From contig NZ_BCZP01000005.1 of NCBI RefSeq assembly GCF_001598795.1, positions 270,001 to 302,000 on the forward strand: 32,000 nucleotides of DNA, given 5' to 3'. The position numbers were made by a program, and so were the translations under genes. Every line of letters begins with the position of its first letter. Within the stretch, counting starts at the first letter, position 1. This DNA is from Delftia acidovorans NBRC 14950. Its GTDB lineage: Bacteria; Pseudomonadota; Gammaproteobacteria; Burkholderiales; Burkholderiaceae_C. Of the stretch, positions 15,727-24,721 are shown piece by piece. A model generated the notes under the pieces. That model was not told the origin of the DNA and made no database searches. It saw nothing but the letters and a program-made list of their open reading frames with translations.

Positions 15727-15940
15727 GGTGGGAACGGCCGCAAGGCTGCGTGAAGCGAAGCACCAAGAATACAGCCAAGCGGCGCGGCAGCCGCCCCGCA
15801 AGAGCCGGCCCACCCGGACTTGACCCGGCCGGGCTGAGGGTTGAATCAGAACCGACGATGAATTGGAGCCAAGGGGACGACGCCCGTGCAGATGTCCTGC
15901 CGGCCCGAACCAGGCAAGGACTTGCTGCCATTAGATCGAG

Positions 15941-15979
15941 TAGAAATGCCTCGCGCCACCCTTGGGCGGCGCGAGGCAT
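15941..15979 (-). terminator. Hairpin downstream of dctA (putative terminator)
   Basis: A 12-bp perfect stem, ATGCCTCGCGCC / GGCGCGAGGCAT (15946-15957 and 15968-15979), lies about 45 nt past the dctA stop. On the minus strand it is followed only by a short TTTCT tract, so the U-tract is weak. Confidence 0.45.
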
Positions 15980-16023
15980 CGTCGGGTGGGCCTTTGCCGG
16001 CCCTTGCCCTGGCCAGGGCGTTC

Positions 16024-17352
16024 TCAGGCCTTGGCCACGGCGGCCTCGGCGGGCAGGGCCTGCACAGGCTCTCCATCCAGGGCGGCATTGAGCTTGCTGT
16101 AGTCCAGCTCGTTTTCCCAGCGCGAGACCACCACAGTGGCCACGGCGTTGCCCATGAAGTTGGTGAGCGAGCGGCACTCGCTCATGAAGCGGTCCACGCC
16201 CAGGATCAGGGCCATGCCGGCCACGGGCACTTCGGGCACAACGGCCAGCGTGGCGGCCAGGGTGATGAAGCCCGCGCCGGTCACGCCGGCAGCGCCCTTG
16301 GAGCTGAGCATGGCCACCAGCAGCAGCGCGATCTCATGGCCCAGGGTCAGGTGGGTGTTGGTGGCCTGGGCGATGAACAGCGCGGCCAGCGTCATGTAGA
16401 TATTGGTGCCGTCCAGGTTGAAGGAGTAGCCCGTGGGCACGACCAGGCCCACGACGGACTTGCCGCAGCCGGCGCGCTCCATCTTCTGCATCAGCGAAGG
16501 CAGGGCCGATTCCGAGGACGAGGTGCCCAGCACCAGCAGCAGTTCCGCCTTCAGGTAGCGCGCCAGCTTGAGCACCGAGAAGCCGCACAGCCGCGCCACG
16601 AAGCCCAGCACCACGACCACGAAGAGCAGCGAGGTGATGTAGAACGAGCCCACCAGCCAGGCCAGGTTCACCAGCGAACCCAGGCCGAACTTGCCGATGG
16701 TGAAGGCGATGGCGCCAAAGGCTCCCAGCGGCGCAGCCTTCATCAGGATGCCGACCAGCTTGAACACGGGCGCCGTCAGCGCCTCCAGGAAGTTGAGCAC
16801 GGGCTTGCCCGCATCACCGACCATGGCCAGCGAGATGCCGAACAGCACGGCCACGAACAGCACCTGCAGGATGTTGTCGCCCACGAAGGGGCTGACCAGC
16901 GTCTTGGGGATGATGTCCATGGCAAAGCCGGTGAGCGTCAGCTCGTGCGACTTGGCCACATAGCCCTTGACGGCGGCCTGGTCCAGGTCGGCCGGGTTGA
17001 TGTTCATGCCCGCGCCGGGCTGCACCACGTGCGCCACCACCATGCCGACCACCAGGGCCAGCGTGGAGAAGAACAGGAAGTAGGCCATGGCCTTGAGGAA
17101 CACGCGGCCCACGGTGCGCAGGTGCGTCATGCCGGCAATGCCGGTGACGATGGTCAGGAAGATCACCGGCGCGATGATCATCTTCACCAGCTTGATGAAG
17201 GCATCGCCCAGCGGCTTGAACTGCTCGGCGTACTGGGGCTCGAAGTGGCCGAGCAGCACGCCTGCCACGATGGCGACCACCACCTGGAAATACAGCTGGC
17301 GGTAGAAAGGCAGCCGCTCGGGGCTGGCGGCGTGGGTGGGGACGGCATGCAT
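16024..17352 (-). CDS. dctA: C4-dicarboxylate/cation symporter DctA (DAACS family)
   Basis: Start at [10 protein letters not shown]...; the track start at 17574 is a spurious extension. Highly characteristic sequence: [63 protein letters not shown], and VDRFMSE.R..TN..GN. Confidence 0.9.
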   Translation of the reverse strand: MHAVPTHAASPERLPFYRQLYFQVVVAIVAGVLLGHFEPQYAEQFKPLGDAFIKLVKMIIAPVIFLTIVTGIAGMTHLRTVGRVFLKAMAYFLFFSTLALVVGMVVAHVVQPGAGMNINPADLDQAAVKGYVAKSHELTLTGFAMDIIPKTLVSPFVGDNILQVLFVAVLFGISLAMVGDAGKPVLNFLEALTAPVFKLVGILMKAAPLGAFGAIAFTIGKFGLGSLVNLAWLVGSFYITSLLFVVVVLGFVARLCGFSVLKLARYLKAELLLVLGTSSSESALPSLMQKMERAGCGKSVVGLVVPTGYSFNLDGTNIYMTLAALFIAQATNTHLTLGHEIALLLVAMLSSKGAAGVTGAGFITLAATLAVVPEVPVAGMALILGVDRFMSECRSLTNFMGNAVATVVVSRWENELDYSKLNAALDGEPVQALPAEAAVAKA

Positions 17353-17565
17353 GGTGCGGCTCCGGCGGGACTGTGTGGGGGTGGACGCACCACCAAGGTG
17401 CGGCGAGGTCCAGGTTGTACCGCTGGCGTGCTCCGGCGCCGATAACCTATTGGTATTAGGCGCAGGTGCTCTCCCAGGGAGAATGCACGCAGAATCAGGG
17501 TAATCCCCAACCCCTTCCCGCCCCTGGAAGGCACCAAGCTGGCGCCCAATCGGGTCCACACCACC

Positions 17566-20217
17566 ATGCCCCAACCCGTTCGACGCCCTTCACGCCGTTC
17601 CTTCTGGACCCTGCTGCTGCTGTTCGGCGGCATGCTCGCCTGCATGCTGCTGGCCGGTGAGCTGGTCTACCACCGCGCCCTGCGCGGCGAGGCCGAAAGC
17701 GTGCAGCGCCAGCTCAGCCTCTACGCCCAGGCCCTGGGCCAGCGCATAGACCGCTACCGCACCCTGCCCGAGGTGCTGGCGCTGGACGCGCAATTGCGCG
17801 CCGCCCTCACCCACCCGCTGTCCGCCGCCGAGGTCGATGCCCTCAACCGCAAGCTGGAGCAGGCCAACGGCGCCAGCCAGTCGTCCACGCTGACCCTGAT
17901 CGACCGCCACGGCACGGCCCTGGCCGCCAGCAACTGGCGCGAGACGCGCAGCAACGTGGGCGTGGACTACAGCTTCAGGCCCTATGTGCAGCAGGCGCTG
18001 TCGCGCGGCAGCGGGCGCTTCTACGGCATCGGCCTGACCACGGGCCTGCCGGGCTACTTCCTGTCGCAGGCCATCCTGGACGAACAGAACGCCGTCGCGG
18101 GCCTGGTGGTGATCAAGATCGCGCTGCTGGAGCTGGAGCGCGAATGGCTGCAGACGCCCGACGTGGTCATGGCCTCGGACGAGCACGGCGTGGTCTTCCT
18201 GGCCAGCCAGCCCGACTGGCGCTACCGCCTGCTGTCCCCCCTGAGCCCCATCGACGAGGCGGACCTGGCCGCCACGCGCCAGTACATCGACCAGGAGTTG
18301 CACCCCATGCGCTACCGGGTGCGCCAGGGCCTGGAGCAAGGCAGCCGCCTGGTGCAGATGCAGGAGCCCGCCCTGCCCGGCACCACGCTGTGGCAGACCC
18401 TGCCCCTGCCCGGCAGCGACTGGCAGTTGCACCTGCTGCACGACACGCAGGCCAGCACCGTGGCCAGCCGCTGGGCGGCGGCGGCCGCTGCGGGCGGCTG
18501 GCTGGCGCTGGGCCTGCTGGTGCTGTTCGTGCGCCAGCGCAGGCGGCTGGCCGCGCTGCGCCTGCGCAGCCGCCTGGAGCTGGAGACCGTGCTGCGCCAG
18601 CATGCCCAGGAGCTGCGCACGGCCCAGGACGGCATCGTCCAGGCCGCGCGCCAGGCCGACACGGGCCTGAGCCGCAGCCTGGAGCACCTGCCCCAGGGCG
18701 TGGTGGTGATCGACGCCGACCTCAACCTGGTGGCGTGGAACTCGCGCTACGTGGAGCTGTTCCGGTTTCCCTCCGAGCTGCTGCGCACGGGCCAGCCCAT
18801 CGAGAACCTGTTCCGCTACAACGCCCGGCGCGGCCTGCTGGGGCCCGGCCCCATCGAGGAGGCCATCCACCGGCGGCTGCAGCATCTGCGCAGCGGCAGC
18901 CCGCACCTGCGCGAAAGCACCAAGGACGACGGCACGGTGCTGGAGATCCGCGGCAACCCGCTGCCCGATGGCGGCTTCGTCACCAGCTACGCCGACATCA
19001 CCAGCTACAAGAACGCCGCACGCGAGCTGCGCTCGCTGGCCGATGCGCTGGAGCAGCGCATTGCCGAGCGCACGCGCGACCTGGCCGAAGCCAAGCGCGA
19101 GGCCGAGCAGGCCAACCGCTACAAGACCCGCTTCGTGGCCGCCGCCGTGCACGACCTGCTGCAGCCGCTGAACGCCGCGCGCATGTTCAGCTCCCTGCTG
19201 CGCAGCCATCTGCATGACGACGCGGGCCGCCACGTGGCCGACAGCATCGACGGCGCCCTGGCCGCGCAGGACGCCATCCTGGGCAGTCTGCTGGACATCT
19301 CGCGCATGGAATCGGGCCAGCTGGAGGTGCGCGTGCGCGACTTCGCGCTGGGCCCGCTGCTGCAGGTCATGCGCCACAACTTCGGCATCCTGGCCGAAAG
19401 CCGGGGCCTGCGCCTGAGCGCGGTGGACACGCGCTGCGTGGTGCGCAGCGACGAGGCGCTGCTGCGCCGCATCCTGCAGAACTTCCTGTCCAACGCCATA
19501 CGCTACACGCGCCAGGGCCGCATCGTCATCGGCTGCCGGCGCCAGGGCCAGCACTTGCGCATCGAGGTGCACGACCAGGGACCGGGCATTCCCGAAAGCC
19601 TGCAGCACGAGATCTTCGAGGAATTCCGCCGCCTGGACGAAGGCCATGGCGACGACCGTGGCGCCGGGCTTGGCCTGGCCATCGTCGAGCGCCTGGGCCG
19701 CCTGCTGGGCCACGAGATCGGCCTGCGCTCGCACCTGGGCCGGGGCAGCGTGTTCTGGGTCTGCGTGCCGCTGGGCGATCCCGCAGCCGTGCCGCAGATC
19801 GCCGCGGCCACGCACTCCGGCGAGGCAGGCCAGGACGCACCGCTGCAGGGCATGAGCGCCTGGTACGTGGAAGACGATGCCCAGTCCTGCATCGCCATGC
19901 GCGCACTGCTGCAGCGCTGGGGCTGCAACGTGCCGCTGGCCGGTGGCCCGGCCGAGGCGCTGGCGCTGGCCGCGCCCGGCGAAGCGCCGCAGCTGGTGCT
20001 GCTCGATGTGCGCCTGGGCCAGTTGCACGGCCCCGATGTCTACGCGCAGCTGTGCCAGCGCTGGGGCCAGTCGCCGCCCGTGATCCTGGTCACGGCCGAG
20101 CGCGACGGCATGGTGCGCCGCCAGGCGGCCGAGCGCGGCTGGGGCTTTCTGGCCAAGCCCGTGCGCCCGCCCGCGCTGCGCGCGCTCATGAGCCAGATGC
20201 TGCTGCGCCACCGATAG
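17566..20217 (+). CDS. Hybrid sensor histidine kinase with DctB-like periplasmic sensor, PAS, HisKA/HATPase and C-terminal receiver
   Basis: TM1: [19 protein letters not shown]. Periplasmic block [28 protein letters not shown] (DctB-type). TM2: [16 protein letters not shown]: [26 protein letters not shown]-box: [17 protein letters not shown]-binding boxes: [22 protein letters not shown]. Receiver: WYVEDD...LLDVRLG...LAKPV. Confidence 0.85.
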   Translation: MPQPVRRPSRRSFWTLLLLFGGMLACMLLAGELVYHRALRGEAESVQRQLSLYAQALGQRIDRYRTLPEVLALDAQLRAALTHPLSAAEVDALNRKLEQANGASQSSTLTLIDRHGTALAASNWRETRSNVGVDYSFRPYVQQALSRGSGRFYGIGLTTGLPGYFLSQAILDEQNAVAGLVVIKIALLELEREWLQTPDVVMASDEHGVVFLASQPDWRYRLLSPLSPIDEADLAATRQYIDQELHPMRYRVRQGLEQGSRLVQMQEPALPGTTLWQTLPLPGSDWQLHLLHDTQASTVASRWAAAAAAGGWLALGLLVLFVRQRRRLAALRLRSRLELETVLRQHAQELRTAQDGIVQAARQADTGLSRSLEHLPQGVVVIDADLNLVAWNSRYVELFRFPSELLRTGQPIENLFRYNARRGLLGPGPIEEAIHRRLQHLRSGSPHLRESTKDDGTVLEIRGNPLPDGGFVTSYADITSYKNAARELRSLADALEQRIAERTRDLAEAKREAEQANRYKTRFVAAAVHDLLQPLNAARMFSSLLRSHLHDDAGRHVADSIDGALAAQDAILGSLLDISRMESGQLEVRVRDFALGPLLQVMRHNFGILAESRGLRLSAVDTRCVVRSDEALLRRILQNFLSNAIRYTRQGRIVIGCRRQGQHLRIEVHDQGPGIPESLQHEIFEEFRRLDEGHGDDRGAGLGLAIVERLGRLLGHEIGLRSHLGRGSVFWVCVPLGDPAAVPQIAAATHSGEAGQDAPLQGMSAWYVEDDAQSCIAMRALLQRWGCNVPLAGGPAEALALAAPGEAPQLVLLDVRLGQLHGPDVYAQLCQRWGQSPPVILVTAERDGMVRRQAAERGWGFLAKPVRPPALRALMSQMLLRHR

Positions 20218-20241
20218 ACGTGGCACGGCAGGGACTGGCGT

Positions 20242-20880
20242 TCAGACCGTGCCGTCGTTCTCCAGGCTCTTGACCAGCACGGCCGCCTGCGTGCGGCTGT
20301 AGCACTCCAGCTTCTTGAGAATGGCCGTCACATGCACCTTGACCGTGTTTTCGGCCAGCCCCAGCTCGTGGGCGATCTGCTTGTTGAGCAGGCCGTCGGC
20401 CAGGCACAGCAGCACGCGGAACTGCTGGGGCGTGAGCTGGGCCAGCCGCGCGGCCAGCGCGGCGTCGGCCTCGGAGCGCTCGGCGGCCATGGGCGGGAAC
20501 CAGCTGCCGCCGTCCAGCACTTCCTGCAGGGCCGTGCCTATGGCCTCGGCCGGCGCCGATTTGGGAATGAAGCCCGCGGCACCGAACTGCTGCGCACGGC
20601 GGATCACGCGCGGATGGTCGTTGGAGGAAATCACCACCACCGGAACATCGGGGTACTCGCCGCGCACATGCAGCAGCGCCGAAAAGCCGCGCGCGCCCGG
20701 CATGGCCAGGTCCAGCAGCACCAGCTCGATCTCGGGGTGCTGCTGCAGCGCCGCGCCCAGCGTGGCGGCGCTTGCGGCTTCCAGCACGGCGAACTGCGGC
20801 AGGGCCTCGCGCAGCACATGGATCACCGCGGCGCGGAACAGCGGGTGGTCATCGGCAACGAGCAGGGTGGATTCGGACAT
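20242..20880 (-). CDS. LuxR/FixJ (NarL)-family response regulator
   Basis: Start at MSESTLLVADDHPLF; the track start at 21159 is a spurious extension. Receiver residues: DD, LVLLDLAMPG, IPKS. C-terminal HTH: LTPQQFRVLLCLADGLLNKQIAHELGLAENTVKVHVTAILKKL. Confidence 0.9.
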   Translation of the reverse strand: MSESTLLVADDHPLFRAAVIHVLREALPQFAVLEAASAATLGAALQQHPEIELVLLDLAMPGARGFSALLHVRGEYPDVPVVVISSNDHPRVIRRAQQFGAAGFIPKSAPAEAIGTALQEVLDGGSWFPPMAAERSEADAALAARLAQLTPQQFRVLLCLADGLLNKQIAHELGLAENTVKVHVTAILKKLECYSRTQAAVLVKSLENDGTV

Positions 20881-20957
20881 GGGCGCGAGTCTGACACGTC
20901 TGCAAACACATGCCCGGCTCATGGACCCCCGTGGAGGCCGGTGGCCGGGTTGCAGGC

Positions 20958-20973
20958 TGGCACGCCGTTTGCA
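20958..20973 (+). promoter_or_regulatory. Sigma-54 (-24/-12) promoter element
   Basis: cTGGCACGccgtTTGCAa is an exact match to TGGCACG-N4-TTGCW. It lies in the 528-bp intergenic region between the response regulator and the porin gene, and is oriented toward the porin. Confidence 0.6.
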
Positions 20974-21408
20974 ATCAGTTGCAGCCACAGGCCTGGCAAC
21001 AGGCGGATATCTTCCTCCAACCGACGAACAAGGAGCCCTGAATTGACCTTTGAGCCCTCTTGCAACGACCTGCTGCACAGGCCTGGTGCCCCGGCCCCAT
21101 CCCAGTGCACGGCAGTGTTCAAGCCGCGAGAGTGCAAAACACAAATTAAGTTTCGTCATAACTGTGTCAAAGACACCACTTCCTGGCTGGCGCGATGGCT
21201 CGGATGCGTTGTAATACGCGGCTTAGCCAGTCAAGACCGCCTTGCACACAGGCCGCAAAGACGTGCCGACGCCAGCCCGCCCCTGATGCGAAAACGCCAC
21301 TGTCCCAGGTTTGCCACGTAGCCCAGCCCGGGCGATTGGTTCATCGTCTGCCCCGGTCACAGCACTGGCCACCCGTTTCCACTCTCTAACAATGAAAGAC
21401 TCCTCAAC

Positions 21409-22437
21409 ATGAAACGTTCCTTCATCGCACTGGCCGCTGCACTGGCCTGCGCCGGCGCTGCACACGCCCAAAGCTCTGTCCAGCTGACTGGCCTGGTGGA
21501 CGCCTATGCCGGCTCCATGCGCATGGCTGGCGATGCCAGCGGCAAGGGTGTCGTGGGTTCGGGCGGCATGACCACCTCCTGGTGGGGCATGAAGGGCCAG
21601 GAAGACCTGGGCGGCGGCCTGAAGGTCGATTTCCAGCTGACGGCCTTCATGCGTGTGGACACTGGCAGCCCCGGCCGTTTCGATGGTGACCCGTACTTCT
21701 CGCGCGATGCCAACGTCGGCCTGTCCGGCGGCTTCGGCACGGTGCGTCTGGGCCGCGGCATGTCGCCCAACTTCCTGCCCACCATCCTGACCAACCCCTT
21801 CGGCGACTCCTTCACCATCTCCCCGCTGGTGCTGCACGCCAACGTGGGCACGGCAGCCTGGGGCTCGGCCAACCTGACCACGCCGTCCGACACCGGCTGG
21901 AGCAACCAGGTCGTCTACACCACGCCCAAGTTCGGCGGCCTGCAGGCCAACGTCCACTACCAGTTCGGTGAAAAGGGCGGCGATTCCGGCAAGAAGAACA
22001 TCGGCGTGAACGCCATGTACTTCGGCGGCCCCCTGAGCCTGGTGGCCTTCTACGAGCGCGCCCAGATCAGCAATCCCGTGAGCCTGGCCGTGATGCCCAC
22101 CAAGACCGACTGGATGCTGGGCGGCACCTACAACTTCGAAGTGGCCAAGCTGTACGCAACCTACGGCCAGGCCAAGGTCAAGGATCTGGACCGCAAGAAC
22201 AGCACCTACTCGCTGGGCCTGGACGTGCCCGTGAGCAGCGCCGGCACCATCAAGGCAGCCCTGGCCCGCACCAAGGCCGAAATCGGCGCCGTGGACTCCA
22301 CGCGCACCACGGCCAGCCTGGGCTACGACCACTACCTGTCCAAGCGCACCGATGTGTACACCGTGCTGATGCACGACCGCATCACGGACCTGAAGTCGGG
22401 CACCAGCCTGATCGCGGGTATCCGCCACCGTTTCTAA
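21409..22437 (+). CDS. General outer-membrane porin (Omp32/OpcP-like trimeric porin)
   Basis: Signal peptide MKRSFIALAAALACAGAAHA|QSSVQLTGLVDAY. Alternating Gly/Tyr/Thr-rich strands. C-terminal ...LIAGIRHRF with a terminal Phe. Followed by a strong terminator. Confidence 0.85.
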   Translation: MKRSFIALAAALACAGAAHAQSSVQLTGLVDAYAGSMRMAGDASGKGVVGSGGMTTSWWGMKGQEDLGGGLKVDFQLTAFMRVDTGSPGRFDGDPYFSRDANVGLSGGFGTVRLGRGMSPNFLPTILTNPFGDSFTISPLVLHANVGTAAWGSANLTTPSDTGWSNQVVYTTPKFGGLQANVHYQFGEKGGDSGKKNIGVNAMYFGGPLSLVAFYERAQISNPVSLAVMPTKTDWMLGGTYNFEVAKLYATYGQAKVKDLDRKNSTYSLGLDVPVSSAGTIKAALARTKAEIGAVDSTRTTASLGYDHYLSKRTDVYTVLMHDRITDLKSGTSLIAGIRHRF

Positions 22438-22488
22438 GGCGACGCCTGGCCTGCCAGCACGGGCCAGGGACTTACGTCCCGAACTTTC

Positions 22489-22514
22489 AGCGAGGCTCTG
22501 CCTCGCTTTTTTTT
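22489..22514 (+). terminator. Rho-independent terminator of the porin gene
   Basis: Stem AGCGAGGC, loop tct, stem GCCTCGCT (22489-22507). A run of Ts follows, overlapping the last stem base and ending at 22514. Confidence 0.8.
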
Positions 22515-22672
22515 CGGCCTCTTGAAAGTCGATAGAAATTTTCTCTCAGCAGTTTTTTACAAACGTCAAGAGAGAAAGCGATTGTCCGACAGCCGCGCTG
22601 CGCAATCCGGTGTGCAATGGAGTCCAGGCCCAGCCCTGTGCTCTGCCTGCGCTGCCAGACAGGAGGTCCACC

Positions 22673-22837
22673 ATGCGCAGACCCAGCCCCTTCGGACGTC
22701 ATCCCTTCATCGCCTTCACCGCCACGGTCGTGCTTGCCCTGGCCGCCAGCGTTGCAACCTTCTGGCTGGACAGCGCCGCCCCGGCCGCAGACACCCTGCT
22801 GCAAAAAGACCCGGGCGCCCTGCTGTCGTCGATGTAA
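22673..22837 (+). CDS. Hypothetical 54-aa single-pass membrane protein
   Basis: ATG lies 6 nt after a perfect AGGAGG (22661-22666). One hydrophobic helix: FIAFTATVVLALAASVATFWL. A plus-strand hairpin plus T-tract terminator lies 29 nt downstream. I recognise no homology. Confidence 0.45.
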   Translation: MRRPSPFGRHPFIAFTATVVLALAASVATFWLDSAAPAADTLLQKDPGALLSSM

Positions 22838-22865
22838 GCCCTGCAAACGCCTGCAAATGCCTGCC

Positions 22866-22897
22866 CAGCGCCATCCCTTTCGGACTGGCGCTGTTTT
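22866..22897 (+). terminator. Rho-independent terminator after the small ORF
   Basis: Stem CAGCGCCA (22866-22873), 12-nt loop, stem TGGCGCTG (22886-22893), then TTTT. The T-tract abuts the stop codon of the convergent lipoprotein gene. Confidence 0.6.
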
Positions 22898-23667
22898 CAT
22901 TTGCCGGCCGATGTGCCGACCGATGCACCGGCTGATGTACCTGCCGATGCGCCCCCACCGCTGGCCGTCTTCTCCAGCAGCGACAGCCTGCGCCTGACGG
23001 CCTGGGCCTTGTCCACCTCGCCCGCCTGCTCATGGGCCCTGGCCTGCAGCAGCAGCCAGGCCATCACCGCGCGGCGCCAGCCTTGGGCCGAGGCTGTGCC
23101 GGCGCCCAGCTCCAGCAATTGCGGCTGCGCCGCACCCGCCCGCAAGGCCGCGCCGGCTGCCACCAGCCGGGGCAGCGGCTCCTTGATGGCGCTCACGGCG
23201 GCCGGCGCAGACGCAGACCCTCCCAGCAGCGCCTGTGCCACGGGGCGCTGTAATTCTGGCAATAGCGAAATGTCCTCGGGCCGGGGCTTGCCTTGCAGAT
23301 ACCGCGCATAAGCGGCCTCGGCCGGCGCCGCGTCAAGCGCCAGCGCCTGGTAGCCGGGGCAGTCATCCCATTCCAGACTGGCCACCTGGGCCGCGCAGCG
23401 CATCAGCTCCAGACGCGCGGCCAGATCGGTGCGGCCCGTGGCGGCCACCTCGGCGCGGGCCTTGTCCCATTCCATGGCCTGCACGCGCTGGCGGCCTTCC
23501 AGGTAGGCGGTGGATGCGCGTTGCGAAGCCGATTCGGCATTCAGCGCCCAGTCCGGCGCGGGCGGGCGGCTGCTGCAGCCGGCCAGCACCAGGGTCAGCA
23601 CGGCGCCGGCGACGGCATGGCGCGCCAGGAGGGTTGCGGCAGAAAGCTTCTTGGGGGCAGAACTCAT
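22897..23667 (-). CDS. Hypothetical lipoprotein with repetitive Ser/Ala/Gly/Thr C-terminal tail, translationally coupled to the MlaD-like gene
   Basis: Start MSSAPKKL... overlaps the upstream stop (ATGA on the minus strand at 23664-23667). Lipobox: LVLAGC|SS. The tail is ...SGGGASAGTSAGASVGTSAGK. I recognise no family. Confidence 0.6.
   Translation of the reverse strand: MSSAPKKLSAATLLARHAVAGAVLTLVLAGCSSRPPAPDWALNAESASQRASTAYLEGRQRVQAMEWDKARAEVAATGRTDLAARLELMRCAAQVASLEWDDCPGYQALALDAAPAEAAYARYLQGKPRPEDISLLPELQRPVAQALLGGSASAPAAVSAIKEPLPRLVAAGAALRAGAAQPQLLELGAGTASAQGWRRAVMAWLLLQARAHEQAGEVDKAQAVRRRLSLLEKTASGGGASAGTSAGASVGTSAGK
22903..22950 (-). repeat. Four imperfect 12-bp tandem repeats encoding the (A/T)S(A/V)G tail of the lipoprotein
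   Basis: Plus-strand units: gccggccgatgt / gccgaccgatgc / accggctgatgt / acctgccgatgc. Confidence 0.85.
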
Positions 23668-24656
23668 GGCAGCTTCAACTCCGGTTGATGGGCAAACGGC
23701 CACTTGCGCTGCAGGTCGGCCAGCACGCCTTCCAGGCGGCGCAGGTTGCCCTCCACCTCGGCGCGCAGGGCGCCCAGGTCGGCCGTGGCCTCGCGCGCAT
23801 TGGAGCCCACGGCCTGGGCCTCGGCCAGCACGGCGTCCACCTTGCCCAGCGTGCGGCGCGTGTCGGCCAGCAGGCCGTTGAGCTGCACCACGGTGGAACG
23901 CACCTCGGGCATGACGCCGCCGGCATCGAACACCTGGCTGTCGGCCCGCGCCACCATGCGCTCCATGCGGGCCAGCGTGGCATTGGCGCGGTCCAGCAGG
24001 GCCGTGACCTTGCGCGCCTCCTGCTCGCTGCCCATGACCACGCCCAGCACGCCGCCCGGCCCCTGGGCCCGGCCGGCCAGGCCGCGCAGTTCGGTCAGCG
24101 ACCCGCCCAGGGCCGAGTCCGGCGCGGTGAGCTGGGCGATGTTGCCCAGCACTTCCTTGGCCGTGGACATGATCTGCGGCAGCTCGGCCGTGGCATCGCC
24201 GCGCAGCACGGGGCGCACGGCCTCATCGGGCAGCGGCGGATCGCTGAGGATGCCGCTGTAGGCCTTGATGGTGGTGCCGCCCACCAGCCCCTTGACCAGG
24301 GTGAAGACGCTGGACTCGCGCAGCCAGTGCGCGTCCTTGCGCGGCACGTCGATGAGGATGCGCACATTGCCGTCCTCGGCCAGTTCGATGCGGCGCACGC
24401 GCCCGATCGGAAAGCCCGAGAAGGTCATGTCCATGCCCACGCTCACGCCCTCGGAGTCGTCGGCCGTGAGCACCAGGCGCTGCGTGGCGTCGAACACGCC
24501 GCGCGAGTACAGCAGGTACAGGGCCGATCCAAGAATCAGCACCAGCGTGAACAGCAGCAGGCCCGCCGCCTTGGCGCGCAGGTGCGCCACGGGCTTGAGG
24601 GCCTCGATTTCCTCGCCGTCCCAGGGGTCTGGCGGCGTGCGCCGCGTATCGGTCAT
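23664..24656 (-). CDS. MlaD/MCE-family periplasmic substrate-binding protein
   Basis: Start MTDTRR with an AAGGA RBS; the track ORF extends spuriously to 25451. N-terminal TM: AAGLLLFTLVLILGSALYLLY. MCE core: GVSVGMDMTFSGFPIGRVRRIEL..DGNVRILIDV. A long helical C-terminal region follows. Confidence 0.8.
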   Translation of the reverse strand: MTDTRRTPPDPWDGEEIEALKPVAHLRAKAAGLLLFTLVLILGSALYLLYSRGVFDATQRLVLTADDSEGVSVGMDMTFSGFPIGRVRRIELAEDGNVRILIDVPRKDAHWLRESSVFTLVKGLVGGTTIKAYSGILSDPPLPDEAVRPVLRGDATAELPQIMSTAKEVLGNIAQLTAPDSALGGSLTELRGLAGRAQGPGGVLGVVMGSEQEARKVTALLDRANATLARMERMVARADSQVFDAGGVMPEVRSTVVQLNGLLADTRRTLGKVDAVLAEAQAVGSNAREATADLGALRAEVEGNLRRLEGVLADLQRKWPFAHQPELKLP

Positions 24657-24721
24657 GGCATTCCTTGTTCTGGCACGGGCCTTGCCGTGCATGTGGGGTT
24701 CGTGGAGTTCAGCGGACGTGC

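Noticed and set aside
17529-17544. Weak sigma-54-like GG-N10-GC (aGGCACcaagcTGGCg) just upstream of the histidine kinase start.
   Set aside because: Only the GG/GC dinucleotides and part of the -24 box match. The -12 box is TGGC rather than TTGC. It ends about 22 nt before the ATG, so it is probably a chance match.
20222-20253. A 7-bp inverted repeat, GGCACGG...CCGTGCC, between the convergent kinase and regulator genes, considered as a bidirectional terminator.
   Set aside because: The stem is short and the loop is 18 nt. There is no T-tract on either strand, and the right arm lies inside the regulator coding sequence.
21043-21321. A 92-codon TTG-initiated ORF with a good SD, downstream of the sigma-54 element.
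   Set aside because: About a third of its codons end in A/T, which is atypical for this genome. It has no hydrophobic segment or recognisable motif. It is kept only as an alternative target in the sigma-54 finding and is not annotated as a CDS.
22556-22585. Possible sigma-70 promoter (TTTACA-N17/18-GATTGT) for the small ORF.
   Set aside because: The -10 candidate matches only 3 of 6 consensus positions, so I cannot support it from sequence alone.
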